From NCBI GenBank assembly GCA_025786725.1, contig JAHLTZ010000002.1, positions 62,001-126,000 on the forward strand: DNA of 64,000 nt. The letters run 5' to 3'. The number at the start of each line of letters is the position of its first letter. Position 1 is the stretch's first letter. The stretch is from Syncephalis fuscata S228 (taxonomy: Eukaryota > Fungi > Zoopagomycota). The notes beneath the pieces were generated by a model. The model did not search any database. It was not told where the DNA came from and saw only the letters and a list, made by a program, of their open reading frames with translations. The translations under genes were made by a program, and so were the position numbers. Below are positions 11,372 through 23,009 of this stretch, piece by piece.

Positions 11372-14368
11372 TTAAGAGGTAGCAATATATTTGCCCGATC
11401 GTACTTGCACCGTGGCCGACGAAACAGTAGCATCACTAGTACGTACCAATAGACTGGATACACCCAGTGGGCCTATAGACTGAGCCGATGTCGCATCATC
11501 TATTGTTGTCGTCAAACCCGCCACGCTATAGCTTGCTTCGAATCGCGCAGCTACTGGTGGCAAACTAGACTCGTCAATAATCGTCGCGTTAGTCGTTAAT
11601 CGAGCAAGAATACGACGTGGAGCATCATCACCCGCCCGAATGTCCTCGTCAATCTGCCATAATAGTCGAGCGTGGTTCTCGTCCCAATAGCCAGAGGGAC
11701 GTGCTTGTACTTGAACAACGCCACCGCCCAACTCATTAAGAGGCAGCAAGAAGGAGAGCTGTCGTAGATCAGCGGCTGCTAATCGTGTACAGGCTGGATT
11801 GCGTCGATACTGAATGGCCAGTGATGCACCATTAGATTCAATACGCCATGCAGCTTGTATAAGTAGTGGTGTGTCTTCAGCTGTTGTTGTCGTTATTGAA
11901 TGTACCTGCCATGTGGCTATCGGCAATGGCTGATCTGTAATCTGACAGGTTAGTGCAGTCAGTGCATCAAATGCATCTGAAACAGCCATCGTAGCATTTG
12001 TATCAATTAATGACAGTTCATTTAAAGGCTGTTCATTACTATCTGATAGCAATAGTGTACACATCTGATCTGAAGATGTAGTAGTATGGGTCGATTGAAC
12101 ACTTAATTCACCATAAATTATGGTTTTTACTGGCCAGCCAGTAGATTCACAAATAGCATGAATAGTTTCTGTTATAGTCAGCCCAATCGTTGGCTTAACA
12201 GGGGCAGTTATTGAAGGGGCAAATGATGGCGATGCTGGTTGAATAGCTATAGCCGGTGCAAATGGATTATACTGATTTCTAACCGATTCACTTGTAGGCG
12301 GTGTAGCAACGGTTATAGATGCCGCAAATGGATTGCGTTCACTAAGTGGGCTAGACGATCCTGAAATACTAGGCGGCATGACCGTTAAGCTATCATCTTC
12401 GTTCTCGTCCATTGGCTCGGCTACATAAACAACTGGTTGCTGCTGCGACAAAGGCGACGAAGCTGATGCTGGCAAGAAAGACGTAGAAAGCGATGACGAT
12501 GATTTCTTGCCGGTCGTTTCCAATGATAGACTACGGGCTACTTGTTGGAATTTAGATGGATCTACCGCGGCTGATGCACGTCGCACATCTGGATCCCGTG
12601 TAGAACTGCGTCGTGTAATACGTCGTTGTAATCCTAGTGATCGTTCAACTTTCAATGGTGAATGGCCACCCTGTTGTACCGCTATAGCTGATAATCGAGG
12701 TGATTCAGGTGCATCCACCGGCGACGATGAAGTCGAACAGTCATGAGTCGAATTAGAACTGGTATACATAGAAGCAGGTCTAATTGTTATCGTTCTTATT
12801 AACATGAATACCGTTAATAAAGATGTTGATTAACTTACCGAACGGTCGATATGTTCAATCGTTGAGGAATTACTTTAATACTAGACATTACAGTATATTC
12901 TTCAGTTACCGCCTTATTGCCGTTGACAGACTCTGCTACACCATCATGCTGATTATCATTACTAACATTACTAGCATCGCTGGGCTCTTCAAGATGTGCT
13001 CGGGCCACCATAGAACTATTAGTATGGCTATCGTTAGCGCGTGAAGGTACAGCCGATATTGGCACTGTATCAACTTTAGTCGTTGTAACTGCTGCATTGA
13101 TACCACCATGCCATGTAGCAGGTGCTGTTATACTTGATAGCGAATGAGTAGATTCTATATTAGGTTGATTTTCATGCTGAGATGATCTATTGGTACCAAG
13201 TGTAGCCGTATCAACCTCCTGTACTTCAGATAGTGGACGGCCCTACATACTACTAATTAATATCGATAAGTATTAACCGACAAGTTACTTACATCGGTCG
13301 TTGCATTCAATGCACCACGACGTAGATCTGAACGAGAAGGTGTCGCCGATTTGGGATGAGCAGATATGCTATCACTCGATAGACTCATACGTGGTGAACA
13401 GCCATTAGGCAGTGACAGCGTTGATCGCTGTATATTTGTCGAAGATGCTGCAGTAGATTGGTCGTTTAAATAGACACCACGACCACTTAAACTACTGCCA
13501 TTCACAAACTGATTTGAATCGGTGCCGATTGAAGAGGCACATACACGAACAATGTCCTCTTCTGGATCAAAATCAAATGCTATAGCAAGTGTACGATCAA
13601 GTAATTCGGTATAGGCATGTGCACAATCAGATTGTAATGTTTGCAGTCGAGTTACTGCCTCTTTTAAATTATTCAATCGAACACGGTCAACAGACTCGTA
13701 GCGTACCAATAATGTACTGGCATCACGCTGCCATTGAGCACGTAACTCATCAATTTTAACCGTAAGATCTGCAACACGGCGTTCATTGTTATTAGCTGAT
13801 TTAATAATGGACAATCCTGTATTTGAGCCTTTACGAGCCTTAATCAGCTTATTATCCTTCTCTTCCAGCTCTTTGGCCACCTTTTGGGCGGTGACATCAA
13901 GTTGACGAATCGATTGCCAGCTATCATCGTTGGCAATACATTGCCGTATAGGCTTTTCTACCTGATCAATAATATTTTCGGCAAATTTTAGATGGAGTGT
14001 GGCCGTTTCCTCCCACTCTGACTTGATACGGCCCCATAATTCGCCAAACATGCCTAGAAACTCGGCGTCAACAACAGCACGACCCCGCCGCACTAATCGC
14101 TGTATTTGTTTGGCATATTGTTCTTCAACGGCGGCGCTACAACATTACCATTAGTAAATACTTGGACGACAAGCCAATTACTCACCGTTCACGCATTAAA
14201 GCAGCCACGTCCTCGTGAAGTATACGGGCCTTTTTAAATCGACCAGAAAAGTGGTCCAGTACTTGTTTTGGCCGTCGACCTTCCTATTATTACGGCCATA
14301 TACTAATTATTAACTAATCGCAAGTTTTTTGCAATTGTACTTGCCAGAAAAACCGTTTCGTATACCAT
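11372..14368 (-). CDS. SYP1: Muniscin Syp1/FCHo: F-BAR plus C-terminal mu-homology domain
   Basis: Spliced N-terminus MVYETVFL|EGRRPKQVLDHFSGRFKKARILHEDVAALMRE|RAAVEEQYAKQ. C-terminal muHD (GLTITETIHA..IYGEL; PLLIQAAWR; VRSGKYIA). Confidence 0.85.
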
Positions 14369-15641
14369 CGTGAGTAATTAGAGGCAAATGCCGTGTATAG
14401 ACCAGCGTAAAGAAAAGATAACTCGCGGCAAACTAGTTGTTGTTGTATGAAGCAATGCAGGGAAAAGTATGTAACAGTAGAAACAAGTCGGTGCCTGTGG
14501 CAAGAGAGTGGCGGAGATACAGCCACAAACCACACCAATGGCTGTTGTTGCACGCACTACGACACAACACTACAAACAACAGGCTGAGTTATGCGCAATA
14601 AAAGAGCCCAAGCCTGGCACAGTTTCAGATAAATTAGTTAGAAATGCTAGAATGACTACTATAATCGGGAAAGATTGAAAAGAAAGGTGAGGACAAGGTT
14701 GCGTGCACGCAATTCTACCAGGTGGAGTGCTTTGACACGTGTAGATAAGTGTGTAAGTTCATGTGGTGTTGAACGAGGAAGTTAAGCCACAATAATAACC
14801 ATAACAACCACAGTAACAACAATACTACACATAATAAACATAATACTAATAATGATATTGTATATAATAATGGCCACAATACGAAAAATGTTAATAACAG
14901 TGACCATCAATAGCCGCAATATTGATAATATAAATACTATTAATAGAAATATTAATAGAAATATGAATAATAAATGGATCATATTGCTGTGGACTATTGA
15001 GTTTGAATAGAAAGAGAAAGCTATTTCACTTTATGTCTCCTATCCTTAAACTGAAGGACAAAAAATTCATAACTTGAATAATAAACCGTTGATCAGTTTT
15101 TGCTACTAAGAAGTGGTATTTGTTCAAGTAGCGCTATGTCAACTCCGATTGAATCAATCACAAATGAGCCAGTCCGCGCTATTTTCAATATCGAAATAAA
15201 TAAATAGTATTCCATGCTACTTACAATAAAATATAATAAATAGATAAATGTTGATTCATATTATTGTTGCTGTAAAGTATTCAAAGCATTATAATTTGAT
15301 ATTTAATGTCACTCACCATCCAGTCCCATGTTTAGTAGAATAATAAATGTGTAGTTCAGTCAAGTAAAGGATATCGATTTTGGTCTTTTGACACTGAATC
15401 ACATGAGTCTATTTATTAATTAATATATGAAAGTTATTGTACGCCGACTCCCACATTTTTATTTACTCATTTCACCGCCCTTTTCTTATTACTATCTTAT
15501 TGTTCTATTCAAAAATATATTATATAATAGTGTTGAATATAAAATATAAATAGCATGTGTATTTGAACATCAATAAAAACACTATTCAATTTCTAGTCTT
15601 TATTTCTTTTATTTACATCAACACCTGTTCAAGTAACCTCA

Positions 15642-15946
15642 ACGGCATGCCGTATCTTCTGGTTACAACTGTCGCCACAAGATCTTCCTGATGAAGACAC
15701 TCAGCCTACCATTATTGCATATGGTGAGGCCGATTTGCTTCATCAATGGTCGGCAAATAATATGCGTCTACCAAGTTGATATTAAAAATGCTCAAGAAAA
15801 TGGCGAACACCAGAAACGCTAGTTGTCTTACCTTTTGTCATCATAAACAAGTATTTTACATTGCAAATATGCCCAAAATGCAACAGTAGAATAATAAAAA
15901 ATAAAAGAGACAATTCAGATGTAATAAAACCCATGTTGTACGTAGC

Positions 15947-15977
<31 letters not shown>

Positions 15978-16080
15978 GAATGACACAGAATCGCGCTCAA
16001 TGGCGTCTGTTAATAGTCACTCAATCTTTCTACACATGGACAACAACAATAACAATGATCAACCTCAAATGTTTCAATGA
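15642..16080 (+). pseudogene. Degenerate Fanzor/TnpB-like RuvC plus zinc-finger C-terminal fragment (IS200/605-derived)
   Basis: Across frameshifts it reads PTIIAYGEAD(F)ASSMVGK*YASTKLILKML..FVIINKYFTLQICPKC..HVVR..NR(D)SMASVNSHSIFLHM..DQPQMFQ*, matching Fanzor1 motif order. Confidence 0.72.
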
Positions 16081-16350
16081 AATCAAATAGTATGTTACAT
16101 TGTTTATTTGAATGTTTAGAATAGCAGTTACTAATGCAATGTTCTGTTACATTTAATTCTACTTTATGAAAATGATAATGGACAATAATATTGCTTTAAT
16201 ATTTATTGCGAATGATGATTTAAACACAAATCGATTAATTGAATCATTACAATGGATTGCGTAAAAAGATTTATTGCCCTGGGGGAATCAAAGTAAACAG
16301 CCAGAAAGAGCGATAAGAATAATAAACGCTCTTCATTTTGACCCTTTACT

Positions 16351-17078
16351 ATGAATTCCATGTTAATTGGACCAGGTCTAGATCCTGGTAAGCGTCTAAC
16401 ACCGCTACGTGATCTACGACCTATGATGCGTAATATCCACTGTGAAGTGATTGTCCTAGAAAAAGGTAGGCTAGCTATACAGAATAGATTGCCATAATAG
16501 CTAATTGGCAATCACTACAAGTTCGACCTGAACTTGGTATGCGTGATGGCAAGGTGCTTAATACATTCTGGGTGGCCGATCGTACTGGCTCAGTCGTACT
16601 GGATATATGGGGAGAACCAGGCACTATGGTACGCGTCGGTGATATTCTACGCATCACTAACGGGTAAGTAGTGTATACACACAATGTATAATACATTTAT
16701 TAATACATTGTTGTTAATAGAGAGGCCAAATTATTCCGTGAAAAGCTTCATTTGGCACCCGCAAGATCTTATGGACGTGTACGTCGTATTGGACAGTAAG
16801 TAGATGAAGTCTTTGTTATCTGATCACTTATGGTTGATTATTGAATATACGACAACAACCACGCCAATAGAGATACATTTCATTTCAATGAAACTTACAA
16901 TGTAAGCGCTTTTGACTGGACTACTAACCCAGACCGGCCGGGGCCTATGGTAAGTAGCATATAAGGCCAGCCTACTAGAGTCTACATGCCCATGTTAATC
17001 TATAAGGTCCATATCATACGATATCATTAGGTGCCAGGCTCAAAAAGTACCGACTATACGCAAGCTGCTGGACGCTAA
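16351..17078 (+). CDS. NABP: SOSS complex subunit B (hSSB1/NABP-like OB-fold ssDNA-binding protein), 5 exons
   Basis: Spliced LRDLRPMMRNIHCEVIVLEK..RDGKVLNTFWVADRTGSVVLDIWGEPGTMVRVGDILRITNG..IGQ..NVS follows the SSB1 OB-fold pattern. Missed by the ORF track. Confidence 0.85.
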
Positions 17079-17580
17079 TGCATATCTACTTGCCAACCAA
17101 TCAGTTCATCAGTAACAGCGTAACAGGTGACTCGGTACAAATCTATTTTTACGTTTTTCTCTGTTCTGTTTTATAAATCACTATTTCCATCACATCACAC
17201 CAGTTAATTCCTCAAAAACATTACTATTTTTGTGCCACTTTGTGTCCTAGTACTATTCTTGTCTTTGTCAATTTGGTCCGAATATGCCAAGAATAAGGTG
17301 CTATTGTTTATTAAAAAGACTATCGAATAGATGGGCTAGATAGCCAAGTGTTGCTTATCGGCGATGGCCGCCTTTACTTGGTTTTAATTTTATTGCAATA
17401 AAAGTTTTATGTTATTGACAACGTGCTAACATTAGAATAGTCGCTGTCGCCTTTTGTCTAAGGTGGCTGTATCGTTTCATTCACGAGGCCAACCTTTTCT
17501 TTTCTAAAGGCGTGTGTACCTCTTCCGTTTGCTTCACCATTAATAATAATAGTAATAATAGCAGTCGTAACAACAACAAC

Positions 17581-17617
17581 AACAATGGATCTGATCAACA
17601 ATGGATCTGATCAACAA
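17581..17617. repeat. Perfect 16-bp direct tandem duplication (aacaatggatctgatc)x2
   Basis: Read directly, next to an AAC microsatellite. Confidence 0.9.
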
Positions 17618-18024
17618 AGAAACGTAACGTTATTTAGAGATGTTCATACCTAAATTCGGATAACACTAAGGAATGAACGCATAATACTTGGCGATAGTTA
17701 TTTATAGTAACATTTGTATCACTGACCACACCTATTTATTCATGTCGCATATTCACTATAACAAATAACCGGATTGATTGATTAAATATAATTAGGCCAT
17801 TGTCGGGTGCCCCTTTTTTACTCCTTTGCTGTCTCTCTCTCTCTGCATCACGTTGGTTATATAAATTTGCTTTTTTGCCGACTGCTTATTTATTTTTATC
17901 GTATTCGCTAAACTGCTAACCTTTTATATTTAAACACTGGCCATTGATTGATAGTCCACCAACTAGCTATCACCGCCACCATATCTATATCACTTCTACT
18001 CCACTACTACATATCCATAACAAC

Positions 18025-19125
18025 ATGGGCAAAATAGCAAAAATAACTGAGCAATCAGTGCCCAGTCGTATACGCTCACGGCGTAAATTTCAAAAAATCC
18101 AAAATGGCATCTATTTGCAGCGAAACAAATCATTTAACTGGCGAGTGGCCGACGATGTCATGTCAAAGCTAGGCATCAAGCCACTAAGTACCGACAAAGC
18201 AGCAATGGCTAGTCATCAATCTACAAACAACAGCAGCTTTTCTTCATCGCCTGAGCCTATTCTACCAACCGCTGGTCTTTTCTTCAAACATATTGAGGAT
18301 GTTAGTTTGGAGAAAATCCATGGCAAGCCAGTGTCCTACGTAGATCTGCGTAGATTGGTTAATCGAGCCAGTGGTGGTAAAATAAGACATGCCTACTTCA
18401 CTCATTATTATTTACAAAAATCGCGAGCCTACGCTTTAATGCGTGATATGGAACGACAAGAACTGGTGAATGAATATAGCGATGAATTGACTGTTACGTC
18501 CGCCACTACGGCAATCGATACAGCAGACACCAAAGTAGACACATGGACGCTGCAGAATGCTATGCTAGGCATGGCAAAGAAGTCTATACTACGACATCGC
18601 TCATTTATTGATAGCCCACAAAAGAGTATGGCAGCTACCGTATTCAATTCCATTAACCATCGCACCTGTACAACAACAACGACACCTACAAAAAAGCACC
18701 AATATGACAATGATATGAATATTGATACTTGGTACCCTTCATTAGTGCCAGAAGAAGAGAATTCACTCTTATTGTGGCGAGATATTACTTTTGAAATGTA
18801 TCAGCGCCACTTTCAAAATAGCAACACGAGTGGCAATAGGTCACAAGTCGATACAGTGGCTGCACAATACATGGGTGCACGATTAAAGGATCACATCACA
18901 AAGTCTTTGTCTCCAAACAAGTTAGCACTCACTATGGTGGATGTTATGATGTCGCCACCACCTTGTCTACCACCATCACCGCCACCATCACCAAATTCAG
19001 CCTTAAAAGAGGAACAATTAGCCTGTAGTAGTAGGAGTAGTAACGCTAAAAATAGCACTAATGACACCGACGATATGAGTATGCTATCACTGATCACTGC
19101 TGTTGTAACAGCCATTTTTGATTAA
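18025..19125 (+). CDS. Hypothetical protein (366 aa, basic N-terminus, Pro/Ser-rich C-terminus)
   Basis: Long intronless ORF, ATG in CAACATG context, TATA-like element near 17858. No family recognised. Confidence 0.65.
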   Translation: MGKIAKITEQSVPSRIRSRRKFQKIQNGIYLQRNKSFNWRVADDVMSKLGIKPLSTDKAAMASHQSTNNSSFSSSPEPILPTAGLFFKHIEDVSLEKIHGKPVSYVDLRRLVNRASGGKIRHAYFTHYYLQKSRAYALMRDMERQELVNEYSDELTVTSATTAIDTADTKVDTWTLQNAMLGMAKKSILRHRSFIDSPQKSMAATVFNSINHRTCTTTTTPTKKHQYDNDMNIDTWYPSLVPEEENSLLLWRDITFEMYQRHFQNSNTSGNRSQVDTVAAQYMGARLKDHITKSLSPNKLALTMVDVMMSPPPCLPPSPPPSPNSALKEEQLACSSRSSNAKNSTNDTDDMSMLSLITAVVTAIFD

Positions 19126-19586
19126 GCCTTTACAAAATACTTGTAATCACTTTATTTCCTTCCTTCATCTTTACTTTTTATCTTTTGCATGTACTTTTAC
19201 TTCTATATTAATTGACCAATACGCATCACTCGTCACTTTTGCGATATTCGCTTTTGATTGCGTTTTTGGTTTAACCGTTATCACACACTAAACACTGCAT
19301 TCATTTAGTGTTCATTCTATATCTAATCTAATTAAATATAAATTACTCATACTATTGGTGCACCGTTGTATCAGTTGATCCTGACTAAAGAACAAAGAAC
19401 ATGAATGCAAGTCGTCCATTGCTTATTGGTCCGTTATTATTAGCAACACCATAAAGGCTAGAGGAAAGAAGGAGACGATAGGCAGATAGATGTTAATGAG
19501 TGCCTTTTGATCAATTGCTGACGCGTTGGCATTAATTTATTAATAAATTGCATAACATTTACAAAGATGCTCACTGGATAGTTCAC

Positions 19587-22239
19587 TTAGAATCCTGTCA
19601 TCAGCATAATGCCGCTGCCTAATGTAAGAACAACAAGGAATGTGGTTATGGTGGCTGGCACGCCACAGCGTAAGAAATCAATTGATTTCAAGTAGGGCTG
19701 GCCAGTGGCATCTTCAAGCATGGCGGCATTCATGTTAGGAAATCCAGATACGGGCAGCCCCATAGCTCCTGAACACATCAATGCAGCAGTCTATATATGC
19801 AGTAGCAATACATTGAATTAGTCTATAGACATTGTACAACATTCAATATCAGTAGTACTTACCATAACAAGTAGTCGTGGATGGGCATCTGGTAAAGCTT
19901 GGCCCACTTGATTAACAATAGGTAGAAAGACGAGGGCTGCAACTGTATGCGAGATAAATGTGGCGGCTAACGTGACAATGCCCACAAATATAATAGTCAC
20001 TTGCCAGAATGTATAGCCTACAAGCCAGTGCCGAATAGTATTGGCTACTGTAAACAGTAGACCAGAACTACGCACAGCATGTCCCAAGGCAATGCCACCC
20101 ATAGCAAGCATCACAACAGTCCATAAAAAGTTATTAAAGTCTTCTTTGGTCAATAGACCAGAACCGAAATACACAATAATTGGAATAAGCGATAGTACAC
20201 CCATATCACCGACGTAGTATTCAAGACGTGATTCAAAACACCATAGAAGAATAGTAAGCAGTGTAACGCCGGTCACCGCCATTTGCTGTATAGTCCATGG
20301 ATCATTGCTAGTGTGTAGTGGCTGCATAGAGCTGTTTCTCTAGTGGGACGGTAAATGGCCAATAGTAATAGCCAAATGACAATATCGGCCACAATAGCCA
20401 CCGGCAATGCTATAATAAACCATTGCGGCCATGATGGTGCCGGGTCCATAATATCAATGGCAATTAGATTCTGCGGCGAACTGATAGGTGACGCCATGCC
20501 GCCTATGTTCGAGGCTAGAGCAATACCCATGACTAGACAACGAGCAAATGGTGCATCCGGTGGCAACGTACGAAGAATCGGCTATAGATACATAGACGAG
20601 TGAGTAACGGCATAGATTATATACATCGACGTACCTGTATTAAGGAAAAGCATAGTATAGGAGCAGCTACATTACTGACCCACATACTAGCAAATGTAGC
20701 CACCGCCATACAAGCTAGCAGAACAGAGGAGGGATGGGTACCGGCACGAGCTAATACAATAATAGCTGCTCGTCGAGCAATATCATATTTACTTAATGCA
20801 GCTGCAATAGTAAATCCACCCAACAGTAACATAATGACCGGACTAAACATACTGCCAAATATAAGTCGAGCTGCATCACTTGATGGCAATGGATAGCCAT
20901 GCTCATCTCGTTGCACACCAAGAATGACGGCAAATAGCGGTACAATCAACGCCGTAACAAATAATGGCAGTACCTAATAAAATAACAGTTTATAAATAAC
21001 AGCCATTAAATGATTTTACGTAAATAACTTACCTCAAATGCCCAGAGACCCGATACGAATACGAGTAAGGCAAAACAATTACGCTGTAGTTTATCTTCAA
21101 ACCAACTCGCATTTAGGAAATAAATAAATAAAACAATACACAGCGTGCCCATAATCACTCGATGGGTCATTATCCAGCGTGGAATACGGATACAACTAAA
21201 CTGTACTGCTTCTCTAGGTGTATCTGGTCGTGCTTGCTCCACACCGACTGCTGCTACTTTACGCTCCATGCCGATCATATCACGCCATACCGTGTTACGG
21301 GCAAATACTACCCGATTGCGTAAATGCTTGTGCAGGAATTGTTCATTATCCTCCGAATCGCTAATACCGGCTGATTCGCCATGAGCCCACGCTACCGTTT
21401 TAATCTGCTCTTCCAGCCGTGACTTGGTTTGTTCGTGGAATGGATACGCTGCCCGTACCGATTCTTGCAAATAAACTTTACGTACATGATTGCCCGTCAC
21501 TTTATCGTATTTCTTTAAAATCTTTGTAAATGCTGTATAATTCAATTGCACATAGCTTTCAAGATCTGCTAAAGCAATATATAGATTAAGAGTACGCATC
21601 TGCAACTCTTCATTAGGCAGTGTCACTATAGCGGGAGGTGATCTTGGCGTATCTACTCTCCAGCTTGGTCGTCGATGCATACGATCACGAAAGCCGCCCT
21701 CCTCTAATGCACTTGAGTGACTTGTGCCGGATAGACGGCGTGGTAATCCATGATGGATACCGGTTGGTGAAAATGGTGCATTATTAGATGTTGGCGTTCT
21801 ACTTATAAACCTTGTTGTCTGGCCAGTCTTATGGACACCGTGTTGTTCGTTATCAATGAGCTGAGAGGTAGCTTCAGATGCAGCATGAATATCGGCTAGC
21901 AAGCGGCCGATTTCATCGTAAAGCTCGCCCTCTTTGGCTACGTAAAATTCGGTAATACGGCCTAATTCTCGATCTAGTACCGGCAGGAACTCGCTATTGG
22001 CCCGGCTACGTACATCCAATAACGGTTCGTGTTCGGGTAGCGTATCTTCTTCACCAGCAGCGCGTGTAAAAACAACATTACGCTCAATCTGATAGACGAG
22101 TTTTTTCAGCTGCGGATATCTATTGTTTGTTATAATGAATAAGCTAATAGAATGCAGTGCTGTATATAGTTACTTGCGCTACATAGTGGTCGGACCACTC
22201 GGGTACCGCATTGAATTTAAGCTGATGCGAAAATTTCAT
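19587..22239 (-). CDS. PHO91: SPX-domain low-affinity phosphate transporter (Pho87/Pho90/Pho91 family)
   Basis: MKFSHQLKFNAVPEW..YVAYPQLKKLVY SPX start; LNYTAFTKILKKYDK; ASNIGGMASPISSPQN; MGLPVSGFPN. 1-nt frameshift near 20328. Exact paralog uncertain. Confidence 0.9.
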
Positions 22240-22450
22240 AGCGTCCTAACAACCGAAAGAATCAGAAAGAAATGAGGATAGAGGACGTATTATCCAGACA
22301 ACCAGCTCTGGAAGTAACAGCGCAGCAACAACGTCAGCAGTAATAATAATAGTAATTAGTAATACTATTACAGTAACAATAACCAACAAAAGATAGACAA
22401 AAAAGAACTGTTCAAGGTTCAGGAAAAGTAGTTACAATGAAACGGCCTTA

Positions 22451-22460
22451 GTCACGTGAC
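22451..22460. promoter_or_regulatory. Palindromic E-box GTCACGTGAC (bHLH site) 212 bp upstream of the phosphate transporter ATG
   Basis: Perfect 10-bp palindrome in the divergent PHO91/FCP1 intergenic region. Confidence 0.55.
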
Positions 22461-23009
22461 AGTTACTCCGCCATCCTGCAAAACACAGGACATAAATAGC
22501 TACTTCTATTCAGTAAGACCAAAATGTTTAGCATCTGTTTATTGCTATAAAGCTATTCTATCTAATGGTCATTATTTTAGAGTTGAATTAAGTTAATGAA
22601 ATACTAATTATGTATTAATTTTAATTAAAGAAATAAATTACTATACAATAATGTTATTAGTATAATTAGCCATCCACACATCTATGTACATACAACTTAC
22701 CACCTATTGATAACAACCATATAACGGATAATGGGATGGCCACAAACACTGGTTATTATTCAATATGTAGAAATAGTCTATTAAATACTAGTAAATGTTA
22801 AATACAATATCTTTTACTAATGGATTATCAAAGATATTTATAAAATAGATCACAGTAATCATTTGCACCAATAAAACTTGAATTCAGTGGTGTTGTTACT
22901 AACGAGTAACGACAGTGACCATACACCACAGCGTGTAAATACAAACAACACCTTAGCGTCTCATCTCTACAAAACATCTATCTATCTATATATATATACC
23001 GGCGGCAAC

